The notes beneath the pieces were generated by a model. That model worked only from the letters and a program-made list of their open reading frames with translations. It was not told the DNA's origin and made no database searches. Source: a virus. From it: a DNA stretch of 64,000 nt. The stretch is taken from positions 39,879-103,878 of the IMG/VR virus record IMGVR_UViG_3300023179_000044; one strand, 5' to 3'. Shown here one piece after another: positions 11,174-22,700 of the stretch. Position 1 is the first letter of the stretch, and each line of letters starts with the position of its first letter. The position numbers were made by a program, and so were the translations under genes.

Positions 11174-11269
11174 CTAGATTTGGGTCCTTCTTCTAGGAGC
11201 AAAATAATTGTTTTCTAGTATGATTTCTACTAGTAATTTTACCGTTATTTAGCTGGTATGATTTGGGAA

Positions 11270-12085
11270 TTATAGATTATCTAAATCTTTTATGGAATTT
11301 AAAGTACTTAGAAAAGTATTCCAATTTGCAATCTGAGCATACCTAGGGCTATCAACAAAATCTCTAGTTAAAAAATCATTAGAATCTTCTACCCAGTCAG
11401 GATGATCATTCAGTTCTTGTAGCACTTCGTTAGCACTAGCACCGCCATCAATCATTCGAGATAGCTGGCCAGATACATCATATTTAGCTAGTTTTTCTTT
11501 AGCTATTTCTTTAAAATCTACGGCCACTTCAGGGTCCTCCAATTTATTAAGAGAATCTATAAATTCATTTAGTTTAAATGCTGAAAGCCTATCTTCCATA
11601 TCTGAGTCATCGCTCAATCCCCGAGATGCTTCAGAAAGACCATTATAAGCAGAAAGAGAATTTAAATATTCCATAATGCTATCTTTTGTATAGCCCTGAT
11701 TAATTCTATATTCTAGCTCTCCACTAGGATCTAGAAGATTACTTTCACCACTATTTAGACTAAATAAGTCAAGTTTAGACAAAAGATCAAGTCTAGACTT
11801 GTTATACGCATCCATAGCTACGTTTTTAAAGTTTTCTTCATTTCCAGTAGTTGCAGCATTATACATATCATCTGAAATAACACCAGCGGAAACTAACGCA
11901 GACAGACGAGTTTTTGTATGAGCATACTCAACGCTAGATGGATCGTAACGAAAAACTCTATAAATTAAATTAGATTCTCTAGGATCTAGTGACTCAAGTT
12001 CTGCTAATAGTTTTTCAGTGGCGGCTTTTCCATAAATATACTTAGATTTATTAAAAAACTCATCTTTAAATTCATTATCTGACAT
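11270..12085 (-). CDS. Hypothetical helical protein sharing a module with the 2593-aa protein
   Basis: KLAKYDVSGQLSRMIDGGASANEVLQEL aligns with KLSKYDPTGKIAKLIDSGADGDTVIEEL in the giant protein. Confidence 0.65.
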   Translation of the reverse strand: MSDNEFKDEFFNKSKYIYGKAATEKLLAELESLDPRESNLIYRVFRYDPSSVEYAHTKTRLSALVSAGVISDDMYNAATTGNEENFKNVAMDAYNKSRLDLLSKLDLFSLNSGESNLLDPSGELEYRINQGYTKDSIMEYLNSLSAYNGLSEASRGLSDDSDMEDRLSAFKLNEFIDSLNKLEDPEVAVDFKEIAKEKLAKYDVSGQLSRMIDGGASANEVLQELNDHPDWVEDSNDFLTRDFVDSPRYAQIANWNTFLSTLNSIKDLDNL

Positions 12086-13332
12086 TAAATCTCCTTAGGA
12101 AGAAGGTCTGCATCCTGGCTATCGTCAAGATAAACAGCCAAACGCTTTGCTCTGTTGAATGGATTTTCTCCCATTGTTTCAGCTCTGAGCCAAGCAGCCT
12201 TTAGTGCCGGAATAATCTCATAACTAGCATCTGAATATTCAGCTAAAGCAAAGATTGCTTGTTCTTTATTAGTATACTCTGTTTCCGATAATAGTGTTAC
12301 CGTCAACTCTCCAGAGTAGTCGTATTCATAAACTGTAGTTTGATCTTCAGGAGTTAAAGTAGGTTGATCTCCGGAAGCTCTAACTGATTTCTTTGATGAT
12401 TTTGGATGTGATGGTGGAAGTAAATCATTATCAGTAGTGTATTTACTATTCTTTGGTGAACCAGATTTGAGCAAGTGTAAAAACGCATTTACACGAGCCA
12501 TAGCCCATGAGTTGCGGTTTTGATCTGGACGATGGGAAGAAGAAAAGGCTCCAGCACCACGGCGATAAACAGCTTTAACCATGGAAAGAGAAGCTTTTCT
12601 GTTTGACGTTTTATTAAATTCTTCTACTTTAGATTTTAAAGACTCTTCTACTTTTTTAGAAAAAGTAATTGACTTTGAGCCAGAAGCCGATCCTTCAGAA
12701 TTTTTATCAGAACCTTTTATTTGGTCTTTTTTTGGAGCTGGTTTAGAGCCTGCAGTTGCAGTTACAGCTTCTTCTTTTTCTTTTGTAATTGGGCCCCCAA
12801 CAACCCAGGCATTACAAGTTCTTGAAGCTGCACACTTAAAGTCAAATGCTTCACAGTAGCCAAGCTCAGCTGTATCTATAGCATCCCATGCATTCTGCTC
12901 ACCAGAATCTCCAGCTGCTAAGCCACCTTCAATACAGTTAAGCATTTTTGGAGTACGAATAAACATAACACAGTTGCCGCAAACACTTTTTCTGGCTTCA
13001 TCGCTAGATACATCCCATCTTTGAGCTTTAGACGCCCAGAAATCATCGTTAGGTTCTTTAGGATTTAAAGGTCCGTATTCAGCAGTTTTAATGGCTTTTT
13101 CTCTATTTGCAAGATTTATAGCAATATCTTGAGTAGCAGGGGGGCAATTATCATCGGATTCAACAGCCGCTGTTACAGGGGTTTTAACTTCAGTTTCTTG
13201 CTTTTTAGTAATATCAGAAAGTCTAATCCACTTACCATCTCTGTATACCTTCATCCCCTCAATATCAGACATACGTTCGCCGATAGAACTTCTTTTATCG
13301 TCGTTAGTTTTTTCAGTAATTTCTTCAGCCAT
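12085..13332 (-). CDS. Head-module protein with a Cys-rich domain and a YRRGAGA...WAMARVNAF domain; start revised to 13332 (leaderless)
   Basis: CGNC...C...F.C...CNAW..GGP motif; -10 TATAAT (13339-13344) lies 6 nt before ATG 13332. Confidence 0.65.
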   Translation of the reverse strand: MAEEITEKTNDDKRSSIGERMSDIEGMKVYRDGKWIRLSDITKKQETEVKTPVTAAVESDDNCPPATQDIAINLANREKAIKTAEYGPLNPKEPNDDFWASKAQRWDVSSDEARKSVCGNCVMFIRTPKMLNCIEGGLAAGDSGEQNAWDAIDTAELGYCEAFDFKCAASRTCNAWVVGGPITKEKEEAVTATAGSKPAPKKDQIKGSDKNSEGSASGSKSITFSKKVEESLKSKVEEFNKTSNRKASLSMVKAVYRRGAGAFSSSHRPDQNRNSWAMARVNAFLHLLKSGSPKNSKYTTDNDLLPPSHPKSSKKSVRASGDQPTLTPEDQTTVYEYDYSGELTVTLLSETEYTNKEQAIFALAEYSDASYEIIPALKAAWLRAETMGENPFNRAKRLAVYLDDSQDADLLPKEI

Positions 13333-13339
13333 TTTCTTA

Positions 13340-13564
13340 TTATACCTTATCGTCAGATTTTGGAATATAAACAGCTTCCCAATAGCCACGAGCTAGAATA
13401 CTACCTAAAAACTGAGTATCAAATTCTTCGCCATCAGCATTTTTAATATGAGCAAGATATTCTCCATTTTTATCTTTGCCATCATAAATCACTAATGAAC
13501 CACTTTCTCTTTTATAGAGAACAGTTCCTTTTTTAACTTCTTCCATATTATTTTCCTTTACCAT
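13340..13564 (-). CDS. Small hypothetical protein (SILARGYWE motif)
   Basis: Overlaps the preceding small gene downstream of the 3612-aa gene. Confidence 0.55.
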   Translation of the reverse strand: MVKENNMEEVKKGTVLYKRESGSLVIYDGKDKNGEYLAHIKNADGEEFDTQFLGSILARGYWEAVYIPKSDDKV

Positions 13565-13770
13565 CTATATCCGTCAGCTAAACTTTTATAGAAATTATCC
13601 TCTAATTCTATGTATTTATCTCCCGTGTAGTCTTCTACTTCAGAAGCAGCACCATTAAGAAGAACATTTTTATAAATAGGCATTTTAGTTTCAGTTATCC
13701 ACAAATCGGGTGTAACTTCTCCTAGTAGTAGACCGGACTCATGTTTTTTAGTCATTTTTATTTTAATCAA
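13558..13770 (-). CDS. Small hypothetical protein
   Basis: ATGA overlap with the stop codon of the 3612-aa gene. Confidence 0.55.
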   Translation of the reverse strand: MIKIKMTKKHESGLLLGEVTPDLWITETKMPIYKNVLLNGAASEVEDYTGDKYIELEDNFYKSLADGYRW

Positions 13771-16700
13771 AATAGCCCTCCTCCAAAGGATCTAGGTTTA
13801 GAATATGGTTTTTTACTAGAGAACTCCCATATTATACCCTTACTAGTCAACAAGTCAATCATTTCAACTGAAGGCATTTCATAAAATACAACTTTTTCAA
13901 TGTCATCTAGTGTCACACCGCCATGAATCTGGGCCTCAATTGAACCAAATTTAGCAAAATTTTCACTTTCAAAGAAGTTTTTCCCGGTAGCTTCTCTATA
14001 AATAGCAGCCATCTGAGTCAAATAACTCAATTTAAATTCTGGATCAGTCAATGGAGTAGTTTCATCAAAGTTATTCAAAGAGTCTCTATCAGAAATGGTG
14101 GTTCTTTTCTTTACTTCTGGCTTCAGCACTACCTGGGCAGGCTCGGATCCTCCATAAATTTTTAAAGCATCTTCTGGTGGTGGTAGTGTAGCTGAAGCAA
14201 GCGATCCATATACTGGACGCCCTTCCAGTGGAGAGTCTCCCTCATAGCCAAAAGCCATGCTTTCATATAAAACACGTAAAGCACGATACTCCTCATTAGA
14301 GACTCCAGCCATAGAGCGTTTAGTCTCGTGTACTGTCTTTATTCGTCCTTCTTCTAGAACTTTTTCTAGAGCACGAGATGGCATAATAACTGATACAGCA
14401 CCAGATTCAGAAAATTCTTTTAGATCTTTATTTGTAATTTCTACAGATTGTTCTGGATCAACCGTAACATCATAAACCTGACTATTTACTTCATCATCCG
14501 CATAGTCTGGAGTTGTTATGGCAAACTGATCTAGGTCTTCTTTACTTATTCTTGGACGTTGTCTAGTTAAACCTCGTTCTAAAAGTGCATAAGCTATAGT
14601 TGAACCATCAAAATTATTAGTTTTAGATGTCAATGCTTCCATTATGTCTCTGTAAAGTGGATTACTATGCGCTGCTATTAAAGCTTCAGTATATTTTTGA
14701 TCGTTATCCATTTTGTCTTTATAAAGATTTTTTATTCTTAACAATTCTTTTTCTTCATCTGTGTCGGGGCTATCTTTTTTAAATTGTATAGCTGACCTAA
14801 TATATTCGTAAGTTTCTCTACCTTCTGGAGTTCTGTCAGTGTCCCAGGGGAGAGACAAATCCCTACCAAGTTCAGTTGCAATTTCTTTATAAGCTTTGTC
14901 GCTAGCATTGTGTTTTGCATCATCAAGATTAGAAATAACCGAGCTTAGTTCTTGCCTAGCGTCGTCCGATAGTCGTGTTCCAGTTATATCTGTTCTATTT
15001 TTATTTTCTTGGTTCGGGTTTTTATTTTTATTTTTATATTCACTAGAAAACATGATAGGAATAGATATTCCAGCTTTATCTAACTCTTTTTGTATTCTTG
15101 CTTTTTCGGCTTCCATATCTGCTTTAGAACTATTTCTATCATCGAGAATAATAGTTTCTATTTCATCACTAGAAATTCCACCGTGAATCTGAGCTTCGGT
15201 GTAGCTGGGATGGTAAGCACCATTTCCGTAATCAAGGTTATTTTCAACTTGCGGTAAATAGCCAATAATACCTGCAGCATATAAAGAATCAGGATCAATT
15301 TTTTCTCCAAGTGGGATAGCTTGGAAAGCCCTATCAAACGAATCGTTCATCGTGGCTGTAGATCTATCTCTGACTGATTTTTTAAGAATAAGCTTTACAT
15401 CTCCGTAGCCAAAAGTTGGACTAGAGTCTATATCATTGAATCGATTACTAGTTCCAAATAGTCTTTTTGGAGCATCATCAGTTGGATAAACTAAATAGCC
15501 ATAAATAGGTCTATTTTTTGGATCTAAATCAATTGGAAGACCCATTAAAGCACGTTCGACCACCGTTCTTTTAGAATTGTCAAACAATCCATTAGAAAAT
15601 TGAGTCTCAAACTGAGTTTTAATTCTTTTATCTTCTAAAATTTTAGCAAAAGTTTTTTCATCTACCGCGACTACAATTTCGGCGTTATCTAATTTATCAG
15701 CAATTAAACTTAAATTACTGTCTATGAGATCAATACCCGAAACAATCTTAGGAAGATTATTTTCAGATACTTCATTTTTCATCTCTTTATACATCTCTAA
15801 AAGTAGCATGGTATTTTCATGCATTGCATAATTATTAAGTTGCTCTTTTATTGCATCAAATTCAATAGGAGAAAGTTTATCTTTATATATTTTATTAAAT
15901 TCTTTTATATCAAAATATATAAATCTATCTTTATTTCTTTTAATCCAATCTTGAGCAAAATCTATGGCTTCTTGTGAATGACCATATGAAGTACGGTCAA
16001 GATAATCAACAGTCAAAACAGTGGACATTACTTGACCCGTAATATCTTCAGATTTATTTGGTATAGGGTCCCCATCAGAGTCTGGCTCAGTCAATTTCTT
16101 TATAAACTTTTTATCTGGATCTATGTATTCTTTAATAGAATCCATTGCAGAATAGTTTTTAAGTAAAGATATAATTTCTTCTTGAGTAGATGGAATAGCT
16201 ACTTTTGGTTTTTGTTGTTCTTCAAGTTCATCAAGGCTTGGCCTTTCGCGAGTGACCTGAACTACTTCTACAGGAATAGAAATTCCATAATTTTTCATAA
16301 GATCTTCAATATTTTTAGCAACCTCTAGAAGAGCCTCTTTATCATTATCACTGTAAGCAGGTATAACAAATTTTTCAATATCATCTAAAGAAACACCACC
16401 ATGAATCTGAGCCTCAAGATAGTTTGATCCAAAATCTCCAAGAGTACTTGGCGGTATTTCTAACACTCCAGATTTTAAAACAGAGTCTCTGTCAACTTTA
16501 GTCAAATCTGATGCCACGAACTCGGCTGAAAGACTATCCTTAGCTGTAAATCTTGTTCTATTTTTTATTGATGATTTAAGTACTACCCTAACATTTCCGT
16601 ATTGATATAAATTAGGACTTTCTAGTCTATAGTCCGTTGAGAATGGATTTAGATTACGATACAATTCTGGAGTACTCTCTAGTCCTAGATATCCATAAAT

Positions 16701-19700
16701 AGGTCTAAGACTGTCATCAATGTCTATAGGAACACCGTTTACACTGAATTCTGAAATTGCTCTTTTAATTGGATCATAAAGGCCCCTACTTTTAGCAGTT
16801 TCAAATTGAGATTTTATTCTTCCATCTTTAAATAAATTTTCAATAAACTTTTCATCGATAGCAATAGTAACAGAAGCATTTTTTATAGCATTAGATAAAT
16901 CTTCAGCTGCATCCATCATTTTTCTTACAGATTTAGCATCTTCACTTTGTCCAGGAAAAGCTTTTTCATATTCAAGAAACATCTCATCAACGGCTTTTTT
17001 ATTTACATAATCTTGATAAGTTGTTATTGCATTATAAATAGCATCTTTTTTCCACATAAAGTCATTAGAGGTTCTTTCATCAATACTTTCAGCGGCAGCA
17101 AATAGTTTTTCTTTTAATTTTTTTCTATTTATATATAAAAATTTTTCTTTATTTTTTTCAAACCACTCTTTAGCAAAATCAAATACCGTCTGATCTGGCT
17201 CTTTATATCCTTCATTTACTTTTAATGCTTCATCTCTGTCTTTTAATCTTTTTAATATGCTATATGGGTCATAATAAAATGTTGGATCATCTGGATCACT
17301 AGCATCATCATATGCTTTTTTATCGGTAAAAATAATTGACTTATCCGACAGATATTTTTCTAGCTCGTCCTCTATGGAATAAGGAATGGCAGAAGCATTA
17401 ATTTCATTAGAAGTAAAGTCTTCTTTTTTAACTGGTTCTTTAGGACGTTTATATATTTTGTCATACTCTTCAATATCGGCATTAATTTTGTCTGATAATT
17501 CTTTTATAGTATTAGAATCAATTTTTTGATCTTCTCTATTAATGAGCTCATCTAAAAGATCCTCGGTAGGCTTGCTAAGTCTAGCATCCTTAAAATATTT
17601 GTATACATCATCACGTTCTTGTGGGCTAGCAAAGGTGACGTCAGTTACACCGTCCGACTTATACTGCTCTTCAGGCCACTCAGGTAAGAATTGCTTTTTT
17701 CCATACTTTACCCTGATTCTTAGGGTTCCGTCAGCATCTTCAAAAACTTCAGAAACTGTAAACTTGGCAGCTATAGGGAGAATAACTTCTTTTTCTCTGT
17801 CATAAACAGTTCCGTCTGGCTCGATAGGGGAGCCTGTAGCACCTTTTTCTGTTTTAATTTCAAAAATAACCGCTGAATTAGTATTTGAATCTTTATTATT
17901 TTGATCTAGAATTGCAAAGCCCTCGGCCACTTCAGGGTCTAGTGAGGTCGAAGTAAAAATATCACTAGATATAACTTCATCCCCTGGCTTTAGCTGCATC
18001 AACTGAGCACGTAATTCAGAGTCTCTTCGGGCTATAGTTCCTCTATAGAGTTTTGTTCCTTCTGGAATTTCTTCAGATTCAGTTAGCTTTTTTAAATTAG
18101 AAACTAATTTATTAACACTCTCGGAAGTATCGGAATCAAACTCTTCACCTTTTATAAAATCTTTTATTAATAAATACTGACCTTTTTGATAACCAGTGAT
18201 TGCTTCTTTTTCTTCATTTGTTCTATCTGGAGTTGGAAGTTGATCTATGCCACCCATATCAGGAGATTCGGGCTGGATCTGCCATATAGGATCGCCATCA
18301 GGAGGGCCAAAACCAGCTGGAATACGAGCAAATGATGTAAAGAATATAGGATTTAATACAGTATTTTCATCGTATCGACCACTCGACTCTGAGATTTTAA
18401 TTCTAATAGGAGTTGGTCGGCCACCGTTATCTCTTGCAGCAATAAGTTTTACTACGTCATCGCTATTATTTAAAGAATATTTTTCAGTATTTGGATTATA
18501 AAGTATTTCAATTGGCTCCCTAAATCCATTATCCTTAATATCTTTAGCGACTTCACTAGCTTTAGTTTTATTTTCCCCAGTGACAAGACCGAAATCAGCA
18601 TTATCTACTTTAGAAAGCACATCTCCTGGACGTACATATCCAACAGTGCCGAGGTTTCCTCCATTAAGAATTCCAAATGGAGCACGTTTTGTTCCTGGTT
18701 TTAAATCTATATTTAAGTTAGGATCTTCTTGCTTAGAGTACTCGGATGTTTTTTGTCTTACTGCATCTAAGTATGGCTCATTAAGTGTTACTTTTCTGTA
18801 TAAACCATATTTATGTAAAAGACTTTGTAAAGTCTCTAACCCCTCATCAGAGTTACCATATTCATTAATTAAATTAATAGCTTGAGTGTCATATATTTCA
18901 CCTCTAAGCGAAGCTTTTATATCACGAAGTTTTTGTCTACCCCAAATACTTAGATTTGATAATTTTTCTGAAGAATTTTCTTTTTTAACTGTTGTATTTG
19001 TATTTTTATATTTTAGTTTGATTGTTAAATTACTATTAGAATCCTTTTCTACACCGATAACTTCTAGCTGCGCTCCAATTGGTAAAACCACCTCTTTTTC
19101 TAAATCATACATATCCCCACTGGCTCCCACTACAGCACCAGTTGCACCATTTTCTGTTGTAATATCAAATACTATTCTTTTTGTTGGAGCAACTCTTTGA
19201 TCACCAAGAGCAGCGAAATCTATAGCAACACTTTTATCTCTTGTAGTAGAAGTAAATGTATTATCTGACGATACAATATCGCCAGGTTGTAGTTGGTTAA
19301 ATTGAGCGTACTTATCACTAGAAAATACGGCAAAAGTTCCTCTATAGAGTTTTGTTCCTTCTGGAAGCTCTTCTGAAGTAGTTACTTTTTTTAGATGCGG
19401 TATTGCTTTATCAAATTTTGCTTTTTGTTCTTCAGTAATAGTCCCATTAGTTGGATCTGCCATATATTTTGCTAAACGATAATATGAAGGACTTTGATAA
19501 AGTTCTATACTTTCATTTTCTTCATCAGTTCTAGGTGGTATTGGTAAATCAAATTCGTCATTAGCTGTTTCTGGAGTTTTCTCTTCTGATTCTGGATATT
19601 TATTTAAAATAAACTCGCGACGAGCTTTTAGTTTTTCTTTAAGTTCTTTATTATCAGCTGGGTCAGAAATAAACTTATCAACAAGTTCATCTATTTTTTC

Positions 19701-22700
19701 TGGAGTAATAGCGCGAAGCTTTTCGACACTTTTTCTTTCAGCCTCGGGACTCATATTAGAAAAAAGTTGACCAGTAGTATTTTTCTTGTCTTTAAAAGTC
19801 TCTAATTCTCCTACTTCATTACCAAAAGCCGATCCCTTACGCTCGCCTCTGGCACGATATAGAAGAGAACCTCCGGAGTCTATACGAACTGGATTTCCAT
19901 CTTTGTCATAACTTAAATTGTCGTATCCAGTACCAACAACGTCCCAGTTGCCTAGCCATGCATCTATTGCAAACCCGTCGAATGCCGGATCGTTGGGGTC
20001 CACCCCATTATTTATTCTTTCTGCTACTGAAGTTAAAGGAGTGGTTTTCCAATCAGTGTAAGTTACTTGTTTACTACGCATTAGGCCTTTTTTAACTTCT
20101 AATGCGTCGATTCCGGCTTCTTTATATAATGCAGAAGCGAGTGCTTCATTATCTCCACGGTTTTTATCTTGGATCTTTACATAGAAAATATTTCCAGTAT
20201 TTGGATCTTGATATTTTCCACCAGGATTAGAACCAAGAGGTCCAGAAATTTGTTTAAAGTTAGTAAAATCTAACTCGGGGGTTTCAGATTTTTTAAGCTC
20301 TTCACTTAACTCGGGTTTTAACTTATTTTCTGCAGATTCTATAATAGGTTCTATTTTTTCTACATTTTTAAGACGAGAGTCATTTGGATCGTGGCCACGG
20401 CTGACAAAGAAAGGTTTACCTATTAGCTCTTGCATAGAAGAGAGGACCTTAAGCGATCTGTCTACTTCATCTCCAGCTTCTGGATTATCAAAGTATTTTT
20501 CAGCTCCTCCTCCAATATAATGAAGTGATTCACCCTTTAAACGCCATTTTTGATTACCATTTTTATCTTTAAATGATTCAAATAATCTATAAAACCTATC
20601 AGAACGAGGTGTCTCCGAGCCCCAGTCGCGTTCCCATGCACCTTCACCATAAAGTTCGTCATATTTAGCTGGAAGAGCACCTTTTGTTAAACCATTTTCT
20701 TCATAAAAAGATGCCCAGTCGCGGCCATCACCAAAAGGACTGCTATCTAGTGCATAGTAATCGAACTGGCCTAGTGGTTTAAGATGTCTAAATGGGCTTC
20801 CTCCACCACTTCTATCAAACTTCTCATTTGGGCCAACCTTTAGATCCTTTAAATTAAACCACGGAGCATTTTCTGGGTTTGGAATCTCTAAATCACCAAG
20901 TCTAGTAACTCTACCTGGAATTGACGTAACTTCGGGGCTTATTACAGCACCAATTTCATCAGAAATACGGCTAAAACCAAGTAGACCAGTTATTTCATCG
21001 GGTCTAGCTTTAATTTCATAACGACCAGTATTTTTCCCTTTATCTCCTTTTCCACGTTCAACGTTATAATCAAAAGCCATATACCTATCAAGTGAAGCGT
21101 AACCAGCGGCGGCATCGGCTTCTGTATCTTTATGGTGAATATTATTTCTATAAAAAGAAATAAATCCTCCAGGCTTAACTCCTAAAAATTTTTCAGCATA
21201 AAGTTGATTAACTTTTTTGGCTAAAGGTGAAATATCTTTTGGATCGCTATACTTAGTCATTAAATCTGTGGCAATATGATTACTTAGATAATCCCAGAAA
21301 AGATTTTTATCGGTAAGTTCGCCATATACCGTTTTTAAAAGTTCAGGGTTTTCTTCTTTAATCTGATCGAAGAGACTCCTATACTGAGCACCAACAACTT
21401 CTTCAATATCTTTTGGACTTCTAATTAAAGGGAAGCGACCCTTTTTTCTAAGATTGTTTGCGGCAACAGAACGAATATTCTTAAGCGCGTCATCCCCAGA
21501 AACTTCATCAACCAGCTGGTCTGGAGAGACCGGCTTTATAAAATTAAGCCCTTCGCTTGCTAAGTGTAAACGTATACGTTCATTCTGTTCTTCAGCAATA
21601 GCTGCCATTTTTGGAGATAACTCGGTAACAAATGGTCCTAGTTCTGGTCTTTCGGATTTTTGTTTTACAAGTTTATCTGCAATATCAGCTGGAGATTCTT
21701 TTGTAACTTCTGGAGATGGTGGCGAAGTTTCTTTTGGTGGTTCTCCTTCTGGTGCTTTAGGCGGATTTCCTTTAATACCAACTTCACCTTCTACTTCACG
21801 CTTAGGAGCAGGCTTAGGATTAGCGGAAGTAGCGCCTAGAGTCTGTCTAGGAACACCAACATAGTCATTATATTCATTTGCAAGTTTAAGAACATCCTCA
21901 TGATCAAGATCAACAACGACAACATTTAAATCAATTGGCTTATCCCCCATCTCCTGCGCAGCCAAAGCACCAGCCCAACGGTGGTGACCATCGATGACAT
22001 ACCCGTCACGGCTTACATATAGAACTGCTTGATCAAACTTTGCTCTACCTTCTGGAGTTAGGAATGCCTGAGCAATACCTCCAACATTTCCCATATCCAT
22101 TTCTGACTGAACTGGTGTAAGTTGATCTGGTGTTTTTACATCTCTAGTGTGTTTGATATTAAGTTCATCAAGAATTTTTTCAAATTGTTTTTGATCAGCA
22201 TCAGTACCAAGCTGCGGCATTAATCCACGTTCAGCACCTAAATTGTTATTTGTATAGTTTTCTTTACCATACATCTTCATATTCGTAACATCTACACCAT
22301 TGGTTCGATATTTACGAGTTAGACTTTGCATTTCTTCACTACTTAAAGGACTTCCATTTTTAGATCTTAAAAATGAAAGTAATGAATTAGCTCTTTCCTC
22401 ATTTAAAAGCCCAGAACTTATAGCTCTGCGGAGTCTGTTGTATTGCCTCGGCTCTAATTTCTTTAGTTCATCATCTAGTTCTCTAGCTAGTTCAGCTGCT
22501 CCTCCTATAGCATTCTCATCTGCACCAATATACTTTCTATCTGCAGCTGCAATTTTTAGAGCTTCTACCCAAGTATCTTTGTCTACTTCAATAAATCCGC
22601 CATCATAAAGAACTTCATACGCTTCCTGAGGATCAGTTATATCTGTTCTTACCTCTGATGGGTCAATTTCGTTTAGATCCCAGAAACCGCCCTCGTGTCT

